Positions 12,194 through 25,586 of a DNA stretch of 64,000 nt are shown here, in pieces. The DNA is taken from assembly GCA_029717555.1 (NCBI GenBank), contig JAMDHS010000032.1:62001-126000 (forward strand), given 5' to 3'. Origin of the DNA: Peribolospora baueri. Taxonomy: Eukaryota. The notes beneath the pieces were generated by a model that was not told the DNA's origin, did not search any database, and saw nothing but the letters and a program-made list of their open reading frames with translations. Made by a program: the position numbers and the translations under genes. How positions within the stretch are numbered: position 1 is the first letter of the stretch; every line of letters starts with the position of its first letter.

Positions 12194-13610
12194 TTCTGGA
12201 TAACTACGTCGGTGACTCCCCTCCCGCATCAGCACGTCTTCTATTATGGGAACTCGCATGTCTAAGAGCAAGTACGGGAAGAACGGAAGGGAAAGGAACG
12301 GCGCCACGCGTGGTAAGGGCGCCGTCGGGTGCGTCGCTCGCGTTCACGGTCGGCGCTGGAGCCGAGCTGCTCTTTGAGCATGACGTGCGCGGTTTTTCTC
12401 TTTGTATGCTCTCTTAACAATAACGAACCAGTAACATCCACTTTCGTCCATCCACCGTCAGTTATAACATTACTATGTACACGTGGGTGCTTGCCCGCGT
12501 TTCACCATCTCTTTCAAAGAACATGTCAACGAGCTGCGTAAACAAACCGATCTTCGACAATTCTTTTCTGCACACGCTTCTTCTTGAACATGGTTATGAC
12601 GAGTACATTACAGTAAAGCTTTCATGTCTTGATGGACGCTATCGACTATGGCAAGGAATGTGGCAACTGTGGTAACGACTGCGGCAACTATGCATAAGAT
12701 CCCTCCGTATAGTCACCCTCTCGTGCTGCATAGCCCTCGGGCAAGAATAGACAGGGTTGACTGTAGTCAGTGCAAGCGGAGGCAGCTCGCGTGGCCGGGG
12801 TCGCTGCGCATGGAAGGCCCGACGAGGCTGCGGCAAATGCGCGGGGCGCGGAGAAGGCGGGCGAGGGCAATGATGTCATGAAATATCAATGTCAAGTTCT
12901 TATCTTTGTAGTGTTGTGTAAAGGTGCTTTTCTTAGCCGGTGAAATGAGATCCTCTTATGTCACGCTGCTTCGACGAGGATAGAAGCATGCGAGAATAAG
13001 CCGGCGGCAACGCGTCCTGCGCTAAGCAAGCGCATAATTTAGTTAGCATCGATATCCCATACCTGTCTCGTCTCCCAGTCTCCCAATCTTCGTGGCACGC
13101 ATCATCTCCTCTACCGGATGGCTGGCTAGTCTGCTTCCCTTTTCGTTGACGTCGTCGGCCACGGTATACAGCGCCATGACCACCTCGGCCCGGCGCGTCT
13201 CCACCGGTCCGGGCGCGCGATGTTGTTCGGTTCCCTGCCCGCCGGCATGTCCTTCACTTCCTTCCTTGCAGACACCTCTAACCACGACAAACACTCCTTC
13301 ACGTCCCCCAACCCTCCTTTTGCCTCGCTTAAACTCTCTCCTCTTGTCCCTCATCGAAGAGTCCCACGTCTTCCTTCCAAAGCGCCTCTTCGCGGCCCGC
13401 CCTTCGTTCGCGCGTCGAAGCCACTCCTCTCAGGTTGCGTTCTGAACTGTAAAGGCGTGCCTTCTGTCGGCCAGCCATATCCGTCGGTTTAGCCCAAGGC
13501 CCTAGATAGATACGTAGTCTTGGAGTTCGAAGCCGCTCTGCATCTTAACGCTCCTCCGACCACGCACGTACGTCTTTCGCTTCGATTCTCTCGACTCCGT
13601 CGCCGTCGTC

Positions 13611-15967
13611 ATGCGCGTCCCCTTTGCCTGCCTTGGCGCCGCCCTCGCCCACGCTCTCTTTGCGTCTTCCTTCGCCAACGCCTGGACCTCCCTGCCCCAA
13701 ATCCCGAACGCCGCACTCAACGGCTTCCCCATCAATGGGAACGAATCCCAGCTTGTCAACTATGTTACCGCAGGCTATGACCCTTCCAAGGTCAAGCGCG
13801 CCGTCATTTCTATTCCCGGTCTCGGTGAGTCCCGGGCAAGGTGGGGGGAGCGCGGTTGGCACAACTGCCGCGCTAGTAGAGGGATACCAGTATCGGTCAT
13901 ATTGGTTCGCCTTCGCTCCACTCAAACTGTCTCCCTCCCGTCTCTCATACCTTGCCTTCATCACCCCAGCTCGTGACGCATGGAGGTGAGCGCTTGCTTG
14001 TCCTATACCCGTCCCACGATTCGTCCTCCCACTGACCAAGCAAACCATCCCTTTCGCTCTCCACGACAGCTACTTCAACTGGACCGACACCGCCCTCCAG
14101 ACGGCCGTGGCACAGAATGGCTCTGTGGTGTCGAACGACGATGTGGTGACGTTTGTGCCCATGTTCTTCAACACTGACGATAAGGTGTGTTTCTCTTCAC
14201 CCCACCAGTTCGAGACACGGCGCGGACAAGCTGACTAGATCGTCTCCTTCGCTCGTTTGCTGGCAAATCGCTTTCAGGGCGCGTTTCCGTGGGACAACGA
14301 GACGCGCCAGGCCACGTCTAACGAACTCGTGTGGAAGGGCAACCAGTGGGCCGACGGGAGCGACTCGTATTACCCGGAGGGCGCAACGGTGAGAGATGAA
14401 ATGCGATAGGCCGATGTCCGATCCGCGTCCCAAGCGAGATTGACCAACGGGCATCACCGTCGTGCCACGCGTTGCCATCGATAGAAAGTATCCACTTTCG
14501 AGGCTATCGACCAAGTGATCGCCTTCTTCGCCGATCAGTCCAAGTTCCCCAACATGAAGTGCGTATCTTCGTCTTTTTTTCATTCTCCTAGCCAGCCCGG
14601 GCTTGCCTGACGGCGAGGCACGCTCACAATTCCGTGTGTTTATGTTCGTTTGCGTCCGTTCGCGCGGGATCCAGGACGATTGTCGTGGCGGGCCATAGGT
14701 GCGCTCGCCGGGACCGCGCGTCATCTGCGTCCTCAGTCTGGCTCATCCTTCTTTCGTACCCCTTCTCTCGCTCAGCATGGGCGGCCAATTCGTCCAGCGG
14801 TACGCTGCCGTCGGACGCGTCCCCTCTGGCGGTTTACCCGTCTTGTTCTACGTGGCCAACCCGAGCAGCTACGCGTACTTTACCGCCGACCGGCCCAACG
14901 CCACCTGTCCAGGCTACAACGATTGGAAGTGAGTCTTCGCCCTTGCTCTCTTGTGACCGGCGTCATGCGTACGCACCTTGTCTGACTTGCCATTGCTACG
15001 ACGCCGCGTTCCAGGTACGGATACGACAATTACGTGAGTCCTGCTCCCAACACACCGTGGATCAGCGGCCGAACGAGCTGGCCGTGCCTGACCCATGCCT
15101 GACCGACTCCCTTTCGCTGTCGCTGTCGCTGTCGCCGTCGCCATGGGTCATCCGCACCCGCTGACGCCCCTGCTTGTAGAACATCACCTATGGCGCGACG
15201 CTCGTGACGTCCAACTATCAAGCCCTAGTGTCGCGCTACATGTCCCGCAGGCTGATGTACGCCTACGGCCTCAGTGACACCGCCGTCGGCGACCCGCGCT
15301 GCGAAGCGGCCGCCCAGGGCGCGTACCACCTCGAGCGCGGACGGAACTGGATCGCGGCCCTGGGAAGGATGCCCGGAGGGTTCCCCAGCCAGACCCAATC
15401 GGTCGATTATATCCCTGGCATCGCGTGAGTTCGGGGCGGGGCCCATGGGTTGGGGAGAGAATGCATGCCGCCGCCACGCACGGTATCCGGTTTGCTTCTG
15501 CAGCGGGCTCGTGTTGTGATTGACCTACACATTCAGACCGGCCATCACTCACTTGTCTTCTCTTGGTTGGTCTTCGCTGTGCCGTCGTTTGGATCGAATC
15601 AGTCATGATCCCTTGGGCATGGTGAGAGCGTTCGGTTTTCGTCCCGCTCTCTTCATTTCAGGAGGGGTCGGTAGCTCACCCCCTCTCTCACTTTCCCTCG
15701 CACTCCTATCGTACCTCGCCCCATCAGTTCTCTTCGCACATGGGCCTCTACAGACTCTTCTACGAGAACATCAACGGCGGCCTCACCCAATCTGGCGTCG
15801 GCAACTCGGACCCCCTCTCCAAAGACGAAGCGAATGAAGCTAGGGATTTTACTCCATCTGGTTCGTCGGAGGCCGTCGCCGATGCGAAGAGGATGGTCAA
15901 GCTCCATCACCACAGCCACCAACATCACCACCACCACCACCATAGCGGGAAGGGTCATCACTGGTGA
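13611..15967 (+). CDS. Secreted alpha/beta-hydrolase (esterase-like) with His-rich C-terminus, multi-exon
   Basis: Signal peptide, KRAVISIPGLARDAW, nucleophile elbow VVAGHS/MGGQFVQRYA, VANPSSYAYF, WKYG, CEAAAQGAYHLERG and probable catalytic His in IPGIA-H-D. Confidence 0.88.
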
Positions 15968-17398
15968 ACCGCCCATAGAAACCACGTCGGTTTATCTTTC
16001 TTCCATCCACCCTACCGGCCACCGTACGGCAATGAGAACGTTGGGATGGACCAAACGAGAGGGCGCCGAACCTCTCCTTCGCGCCAGTAGCAGCACAAAC
16101 GAGTGCCCTCGCATCGTACGACTCGGCCCGCACCTTCCAGCAAGATGCCCATTCCATCTCTTTCTTTTCCCCCGCTCTCCCTCACCGCTATCCATAAATG
16201 TAAATCGGAAAACCAACCTTCGCATTCGGCCGAGCCACCGCCGCTATTCTATTCTGTCACATTCTATTTTTTCTTCCCCATCTCCTTAGCAGACCGTTTC
16301 CCCTTCCGCTCCTCTGTGCCCCTTCAACCCCCCCCCCCCCCCGCTGCCCCCCTGCACCCATTTCCTTGCTTCCGCCGACGCGCTGGGGGCGGGGCACGGA
16401 GGGAGGTCGCCCCCTGACTCGCTCGCTTGGTCCCTCGCTCTCTAGCGCGCGCTTTTCTTCCAATCGAATCCGATCTCGAAAAGAAGGATGAAGGAACTGG
16501 CCATGTGTGCCCAGCGTTCTATCTACCCTTCCGGCCCCACGTCGCGTGCCGGATAGGTAGGTGAAGGGTGATTACGCGGATAACGACGTCGTCAAGCTAG
16601 CTAGCTTGTCGTCGTTGCCCGCGTGTAAGGTAAGCCGGGGACGGACTGCTGTGGAACGAAGCTCGGCTCGACCTTGCCGTTAAACTCGGCGTACCTCCTC
16701 CTCCCCCCTTCCTCCCTCCCTCGGTTCCCAGCCAAAAGTAGCCTGTCTGAACACGCAACACCCACACCGTGTGCACACGCACATGCAGACATCTGGCTTG
16801 TGGCTCGGTGGCTTCCTCGGACTTGGTTGAGCATGGGTCCGATTCGAACGAAGATGGCTCGATCGCGAACATGGAGGGAAAGAATCGAATCGGTCGAACG
16901 GACGGGTGTGGGCGTGGTGGGCGGCAGACGCCCCAAAAGCGGAAGGACGAGGATAAAGAGAGAGAAGAGAGGGGCAGCTTACAAGACAAGACAAGACCAG
17001 ACAGACAGGCCAGGCCAGGTCGCTTGCAGCGCTCGTAGCAGAGCGAGTGAGCGGCGTCGTGGCTTTGAGAGCAGTCCTGTTGTCATGCTGTTCGGTTCAG
17101 CGCAATCAGTTCTTGGCCAGTCCTCCTGCAGAAAGACCGTCAGCGACGGTCATACCCATAAATAAATTTCCGTCTCCATCCTGGGAACATGGATGAAATA
17201 GCAAGGGACGGTGGAGACGACGTGGGGCAAGAAAAGAAGGAAGGAAGGGAGGAGAGCGCGCGCTGTCGGCCGCGCTCCTTCTTTCCAGCTAGTCTCGAAC
17301 CGAAGGGAAACAGATAACAAACACGCGCGCGCGCGATAAGCGGCGCCTTTTCCCAACGCACTCACCCCGCCCTCTTCCAGTCCGACAATCTCCCCTTC

Positions 17399-19755
17399 CT
17401 ACAAGCCCAGCGCGGCGACCTCCTTCTCGAGCACCTTACAATGCATCTCCGAGCGTGGCCTCAAGTCCGCTAAGAACGGGAGCGGATGCGAATTGGCGCC
17501 CGAGTCAAAGGCGAGCGTGTCTGGCAGGATCGGCTCGCCCGTGGACGGGTCTGTGGACGGGCGGATGTTAAAGGTCCAGAGGAGGACGGCGGTGGTGAGG
17601 AAGAGGGAACGTTCGGCGACGTGTCTGTTCGGCCGGGGGCGATCGAGCGAGCAGACGAGGAGGGGGAGGGGGAGGGGAGAGAAAGAGGAGAGGGCGGCGC
17701 TCAAATCCATGTCCAATGTCGCCGAAAAAAAAAAAAAAACCTCCGTCTCCGCCCACTCACTGCCCAGCGCAGATCCTTCGACCAAAGCCAAAGCCTACGT
17801 GACCGCGGTCCTTAGAGAAGGACGGACCGACCTCGTTGCCGTCGGGGCCGATGAAGCGCTCCGGGCGGAAGACGTCTGGCTCAGGGTAGGCGTCGGGATC
17901 GAGGGAGATGGACCTGTGGGTGTGGGGAGGAAGGGAAAAGGAGATGGACGTCGTCGAGTCTCCCGAACAAAATGGGACGCGAAAACAAATCCTGTCGCTT
18001 ACCAATGGTTACCGACCACCGAAGCGCCCTTGGGAAGAACCCATCCATGATAGGACACGTCCTCGGTGAGCTTGTGGGCGAACCCGCCCGAGCTGACGGG
18101 TCTCCAGCGCATGGTCTCCTTGACGATGGCGCGTACGTACGGCAGTTCGGATTGGTCTGCAAACGTGGGCAGACGGTCGGCGCCGACGACGCTGTTTGTT
18201 GGAGGCCAGGGCAGGCGTCCCAAGAAAGGGAGGGTGATCCAAGGTGGAGGTCAGCCGGGGGCGGCGGGGGGAGGAAGGCGGGAAACTCAAACTCGCCGAT
18301 CGACCTCGGCTTGCCCCTTCATGGCCACTTCGGGGAAGTGGCACATCGCCATGATGAACACCAAAATGGAAGCGGTGGTCTGCGAAGAGGAAGACGCGAC
18401 GAAAAGACGGCGTCAGAGCCGTGCCGGTGACGGTCCGGCCGGCATCGAACGTGCTACAGACGCAGACGTAGACACTGACGGTATCGCTGCCGGCTCCGAA
18501 CAAGCTGCCAGACAGATACGCAAGTTCGTCGTCGTCGAGCCCAAGCTCGTCCTGGCGGTCCATGAGGGCGGAACTAAAGTTGTGTACGGCGCGTCCGGTG
18601 GCGACCCTGTGGCGAACGTCGTCGAAGACGGAGCGGAAGAGGGAGCGCTCGACTTCGTGGAGCCGGTGGCCGAGGCGCTTCCAGGGGTTGAGGAAGGTGG
18701 GCAGGCGGGCAAGGAAGGGGAAGCTGTCCAGGAGAGTGGCGCCAGGGCGAGCGTACTTGCCGAGCGTGGTGGAGACGTCTTTGACTGCTTTCAGGAGGCT
18801 GTTTTTTGATTTGTTATATTTATATTTGGATAAAGAGGAGCGATGACAGACGAGAAGACATGGCATCTTCTTCTCTCGACTCACGGGTCGTCAGAGTTCC
18901 TCACGGGGTGGTCATAAGCCTGTTGAAGGGAAGCGCGAACGGGACAAGGAAAAAAGGTCGGCGCACGGACAAACAAAAGCTCAAGGAGACAGGGATGTTC
19001 ACGATGGTCATCACCACCGACGCGGCGTACTTGTGAGCGTGCTCAAAGAACTTTTCGGGCTCGTTGACGATGTCTCGAGCCAGGACCCTGGTCTCCAAGA
19101 GTTGGATGGGCTCGTACTTTGCGGCTGCGAGAGGAGGAAGGACGGAGGGGGGGCAAGTCAGGGCGGCGGCCCCAGGGATCGCCGGGTGCAGGGCTGCTGG
19201 TCCACGCACCCTCCTTGTTCTGTAGCGCGGCGTGCATCGACTTGCGGTATTGCCCTGGAGGGAGTGACAAAGGCGAGAGACACTCGGGGCCCGGTCGGGT
19301 CAGCTGCATCTGAAGGACGGTGGAGGGAGGTCTGTGCGCAGGGACTCACTCCACCTGTCTGTGTGATCAAGAAACAAGATACGCTTGTTGCCGGAGAGGA
19401 GGTCGCCGGCGAAGAGGGACTGGGGCCTGCCGGTGGAGGCGGCGCTCCTCTTCTCAAGCACCTCATACGCCGCATGGCCCTTTCCGAGGACGATGAACGG
19501 CGTGTGGCCGAGACGGAGGGTGTAGATGGGTCCATACTCGTCTGTCCACTGCGCGAGCTGACGCCACGGGTGCTGGTGAGGGATCTGGAGAGTGTTACCG
19601 AAGAAAGGCACGCCGGGAGGACCGGGGGGCAAGTGGGCGAAGCGGGAAGCGGAGAGGAGATAGAGAGCGGAGGCGAGGAGGAGCACAGCTAGGGCCACGA
19701 CGGCGGGAGTGGGCAGCGACGCGGCGGCCGCGGCGATCTCGCGAGACACGGACAT
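17399..19755 (-). CDS. Cytochrome P450 (fungal CYP64-clan-like), multi-exon
   Basis: N-terminal anchor plus LPPGPPG, I-helix LFGAGSDTT, ExxR (KETMRWRP), FRPERF and heme motif FGFGRRICAG. The clan assignment is inference. Confidence 0.95.
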
Positions 19756-20302
19756 GTTGCTTGGTGGTGGTGCAAGATGGTCAGTGGGCGGCGGTGAAGG
19801 GGAAAGGTCTGCTCTGACCATAGCCGCTTATTAAACCCTCCCTCGCTCTCCCTCTCCCGACCGACACGGCGACACGGACGTGCGTGACATCCCCGTCGGC
19901 CTCACACACACACACACACAATTCCTTCTCTCTCTCTCTCTCTCTCCGTCTGTCTCCCTCGCCTGCACACGGCTATCACGGCAGCGTCGTTCAGGCGGCC
20001 GCTGACGTGAGAGCCGTGAGAAGCGTGCGGCCCGTCGGGCGAGGTGCGGGCGGGGTAAAGTGGGGACGGGGACGGGGACGGGGATTATGTGCGTCGGTGC
20101 GCCGAACCACGTGGCCGTGTCGGCCGCGTGGCTTACCTAACTGGAAGCTGCTAGCCATGTGCGGCCGGCCGGGGCAGCTGCGGCGGCGCGAAGACCGCAG
20201 CACGAGGGGCGGCGGACGCCGGCGTGTCGTCGCGGTCCGTGTTCGGAGGCTGGCTGACGCCGGAGGCCGTCTGCGCAGCGAGCGTGGAGCTGCTAGCTAG
20301 CT

Positions 20303-20338
20303 CTGCTGTGTATACTGCTGTGTATACTGCTGTGTATA
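20303..20338. repeat. Three perfect tandem copies of the 12-mer CTGCTGTGTATA in the P450/SDR divergent intergenic region
   Basis: Directly visible; flanked by (GCTA)n and (TACG)n. Confidence 0.9.
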
Positions 20339-20657
20339 CAGCTGCACACGCAGGCTACGTACGTACGTATAATATGCATACGATCGATTCGCCTTTCACG
20401 CCCTCGACTGTGCTCGCCCGGTCAGCCACAGCGGCGCCCATAGCCAGACCCTTAGCGCAGCCTTCCTTTCGTCGTCATCGGCAGCTTCCGTTCGACGTCT
20501 CACACGGCCTCCGCCGTAGTCCTCCTCCGCCTCGCCGTCCTTCCCACCATCGCCAACGCCTGCACCACTCACCGCACTCGTCCACCTCCCTTCTCTCAAC
20601 GCCACATCCACCCACCTTCCCTTCCTCTCTCCCCCGCGCCCCGCCCCGCAACCCCCC

Positions 20658-22797
<2,140 letters not shown>

Positions 22798-24072
22798 AAT
22801 CGTGCCTCCGGAACAGTCGACATTCGAGCGACTTCTTTATCACGACTACTTCAATGAACCCCTCCCTCACTTCCTCTATCCGTCATCTACTCGGGACGCC
22901 TCGACGCGTGAGCATTCGTTCCTCGTCCCGCCTTCCTCCGTGTACAACGTCTCCCTGTTTCCTTCCACCGCCGCATGTCCCTTCCCTTTTTCCTTCGAGC
23001 GTGTCTCGTGAAGCCGAGCCGAGGACTTTGGCCCAAGCGGTCTGGCCTCTATTCTGCCAGTCGTTGAGCGAGCCCTTTCCTCTCTTCCTCCTCCCCTTGG
23101 CTCTCGTTCCCGTTTTCTCGCGTTCTGGGTAGGTTGGCCTTGGGGTCGGTCCGGTCGGTCGTGCTTGCATCCATAGAGCGAATGACAGAAAGACGTACAG
23201 GCTGGCGGTGTCGTTCCCGATTCCAGGGACGGCGAGTGATATATTTCGTTGGGTCTCTGGCAGAATGGATGGCGGGAACTCCTGGCTGGTGGATGTGCGT
23301 ATGAGCGTCGCAACTCGGCCTGTTCACGATGGAATGGGTTCTTGTTCGTCGTGCCTCGTCTGCTTTCTCCCTTCTCGTTGGCATCGCCCCGATTCTTTTT
23401 TTTTTCGGCCTTTGTTATCCTCTCCTTTCCCCAGACGAACGAGGGCGAGAACGGGCATCGGCTTCTTCTCCCAAGCTCAGACGGACGAACGATACGAGTT
23501 GTGTTTGCTTGTTGAGCGGAGAGCGCGAAACGTCGTCAGAAAGGGTACGTCCCTCCTCGGCTCTCACACAACACAACACAACACGACACAACATAACACG
23601 ACGATACCCTCTCGAACGGCCGGCGCATTGGCGCTTCCTCCAACAGACTGACTGAAGATGGATGGAGCCGTCGTGGTCATGTCATGGTCATGTTAGGATG
23701 CCGAAAAGCGCGTGGCGTGACAGACGAAAGGAGACGAGAGAGACGGGAACCGATGCGGGCAGGAAGGATACGGCCAAGGGGGGCGCAAACTGCACAGTGT
23801 CCGCCACCGAACCGAGCCGAGCCGAAAGCGAGAGGGGAAGGAGACGGAGCGATCGAGAAAAGATGGAGAGGGACAGGACGGGACTGAATGGGGGGCAGAA
23901 CAGGACGCAGCAAGAGCTCCTCCAATCGAAAAAAAATAAAAATAAAAATAAAAATGGCCGTCGAGAGGGACGAGCGGCAGAGCGCGTCTTGACCTTTCAG
24001 GGATTCGACCAGCGAGTTGCTGGTTGGAGAGAAAGCCAGGTGGGACGGGTCGATCGACTGACGTGCCGTGGA

Positions 24073-25007
24073 TCAGAACACATACGGCGGGGGCCTCTCT
24101 TCACCAGCGGGCTGCGGGGCCGCCGACGGAGCGCCACTTTGATGGTATCCCACGACGGGGGACATTTCGAACTCCTGCTCTCCCGCCCGTCCTGGTTGAT
24201 ACCGAGTATTGGCGGATGGGGCGAGCTGGGCGGAAGAGGAGGAAAGCAAAGAGTCGCGGCCGGAGCTGGTCTGGACGTGTCCCTTATCCACCTCCTCGTC
24301 GTACTCTTCCCACCCGTTCAGCCCCGTCCCTCCACGGTGGGCGCCGCTACCGCCGGCCGCGAACCCGCCCCCGCCCACTCCCGTAAGCGTACCAGCGGCG
24401 GTAGACGACGTCGACGCGACACCAGGACCAAGGAGAGCGGCGTTGACATTGGCTTGCTCAGCGGCGGCCTCGGCACGTCGTCGAAACTTGGCCCGGCGCC
24501 TGATGCGGAGGACGATCAGGATAACCGCTAGGATCACCACAGCGGCTCCTGCCTGCGTCGCGAGGGGAAAAAATGGGCGAACGAAGGTACGGGCGGGATG
24601 GGACTCAGTGGCTGATCACGCGCGCCTCACGGCTGCACGAGTGGCTCACCAGAGATCCAACGACGATGTACGCCCTTGTGCTCCATTGCACCGGCGCATG
24701 GATCGAGGGGCTGCTGGACGGGGTCGGGAAAGGAACGGCAGATGGTGACGAGCTGTGTCCGGGCGAGTGCGGGCGTCAGATTAGATGAGCTGGAGCCAGT
24801 CCCTCGATGGATGCAGCTGCTGCTCGCCTCGCCTGCGATCAGATAGAGCGCTTCCCTCTCGCCTTCCCGTCTGCTCTCTCACCTTCCGCCTCCCTGGTTA
24901 GGAATGGGGTAAGGCACAGTGCCATCGCTTTGCGGTCTAGCCAGCGCCGACCGGTACGGGACGATGGCCCACGCAAGAAGCATGGGTAAGACGGTCCGGA
25001 GCTCCAT
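24073..25007 (-). CDS. Small type-I single-pass membrane protein with C-terminal PPPY motif (3 exons), unknown function
   Basis: Signal peptide MELRTVLPMLLAWAIVPYRSALA, short S/P-rich ectodomain, TM AYIVVGSLAGAAVVILAVILIVL, basic stop-transfer RIRRRAKFRRR and tail ERPPPYVF*. Both introns splice in phase. Confidence 0.75.
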
Positions 25008-25586
25008 GACAAACGCTGTAGACAAGCCTACGGAAGGCGCTGAAAACGGTAGAAAGTGGTTGACCCGCACACCTTTTGTCTTCTCTCTCGCTTCCCTTCC
25101 CCTCCCTTAGCATCGCCTCGATACGGAACCACCGGCTTGGCTTGGCTTAGCCGTCACGACGACCCCCCACCTTGGGCAGGGGCAACGCACGTGATCCGTC
25201 AGGTGACCTGCCGCAGCGCACAGGTGCGCACTGCGCGTGTTCGCCCTTGTCCTGCTGGCGGAGTGCCCACGTCGACGCTCGCCGTCCGCCATCCATCCTT
25301 CTACGACCACTGGCCGACGTGCGCATATCCTTCCACCTCGCCTCCCTCCATCTCAGCACCGCAGGAGCTAGCTCTCCTGCTTTTCTTTTCCCTCTAGACT
25401 TCTCTCCTTTTCTCTCTCCTCCGCGCGTGAAGTCGCCTTTTCTTCAAAAACACGCCGCCCCCTGAACGGCTCGAGCGAGTGCGCGAGCGATCCATCCGTC
25501 CTGTCCTATCACTCCGCTCGCCAGCCAGCGCCCAGGCCAGCGCGCTGATCCCCACCAACCACCGTTCATCACCTTCCCAACCGACC

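Noticed and set aside
20303..20338. Tandem repeat considered as a CRISPR-like array
   Set aside because: No spacers, a 12-bp unit and a eukaryotic context; I saw no CRISPR array, rRNA or spliceosomal snRNA in the window.
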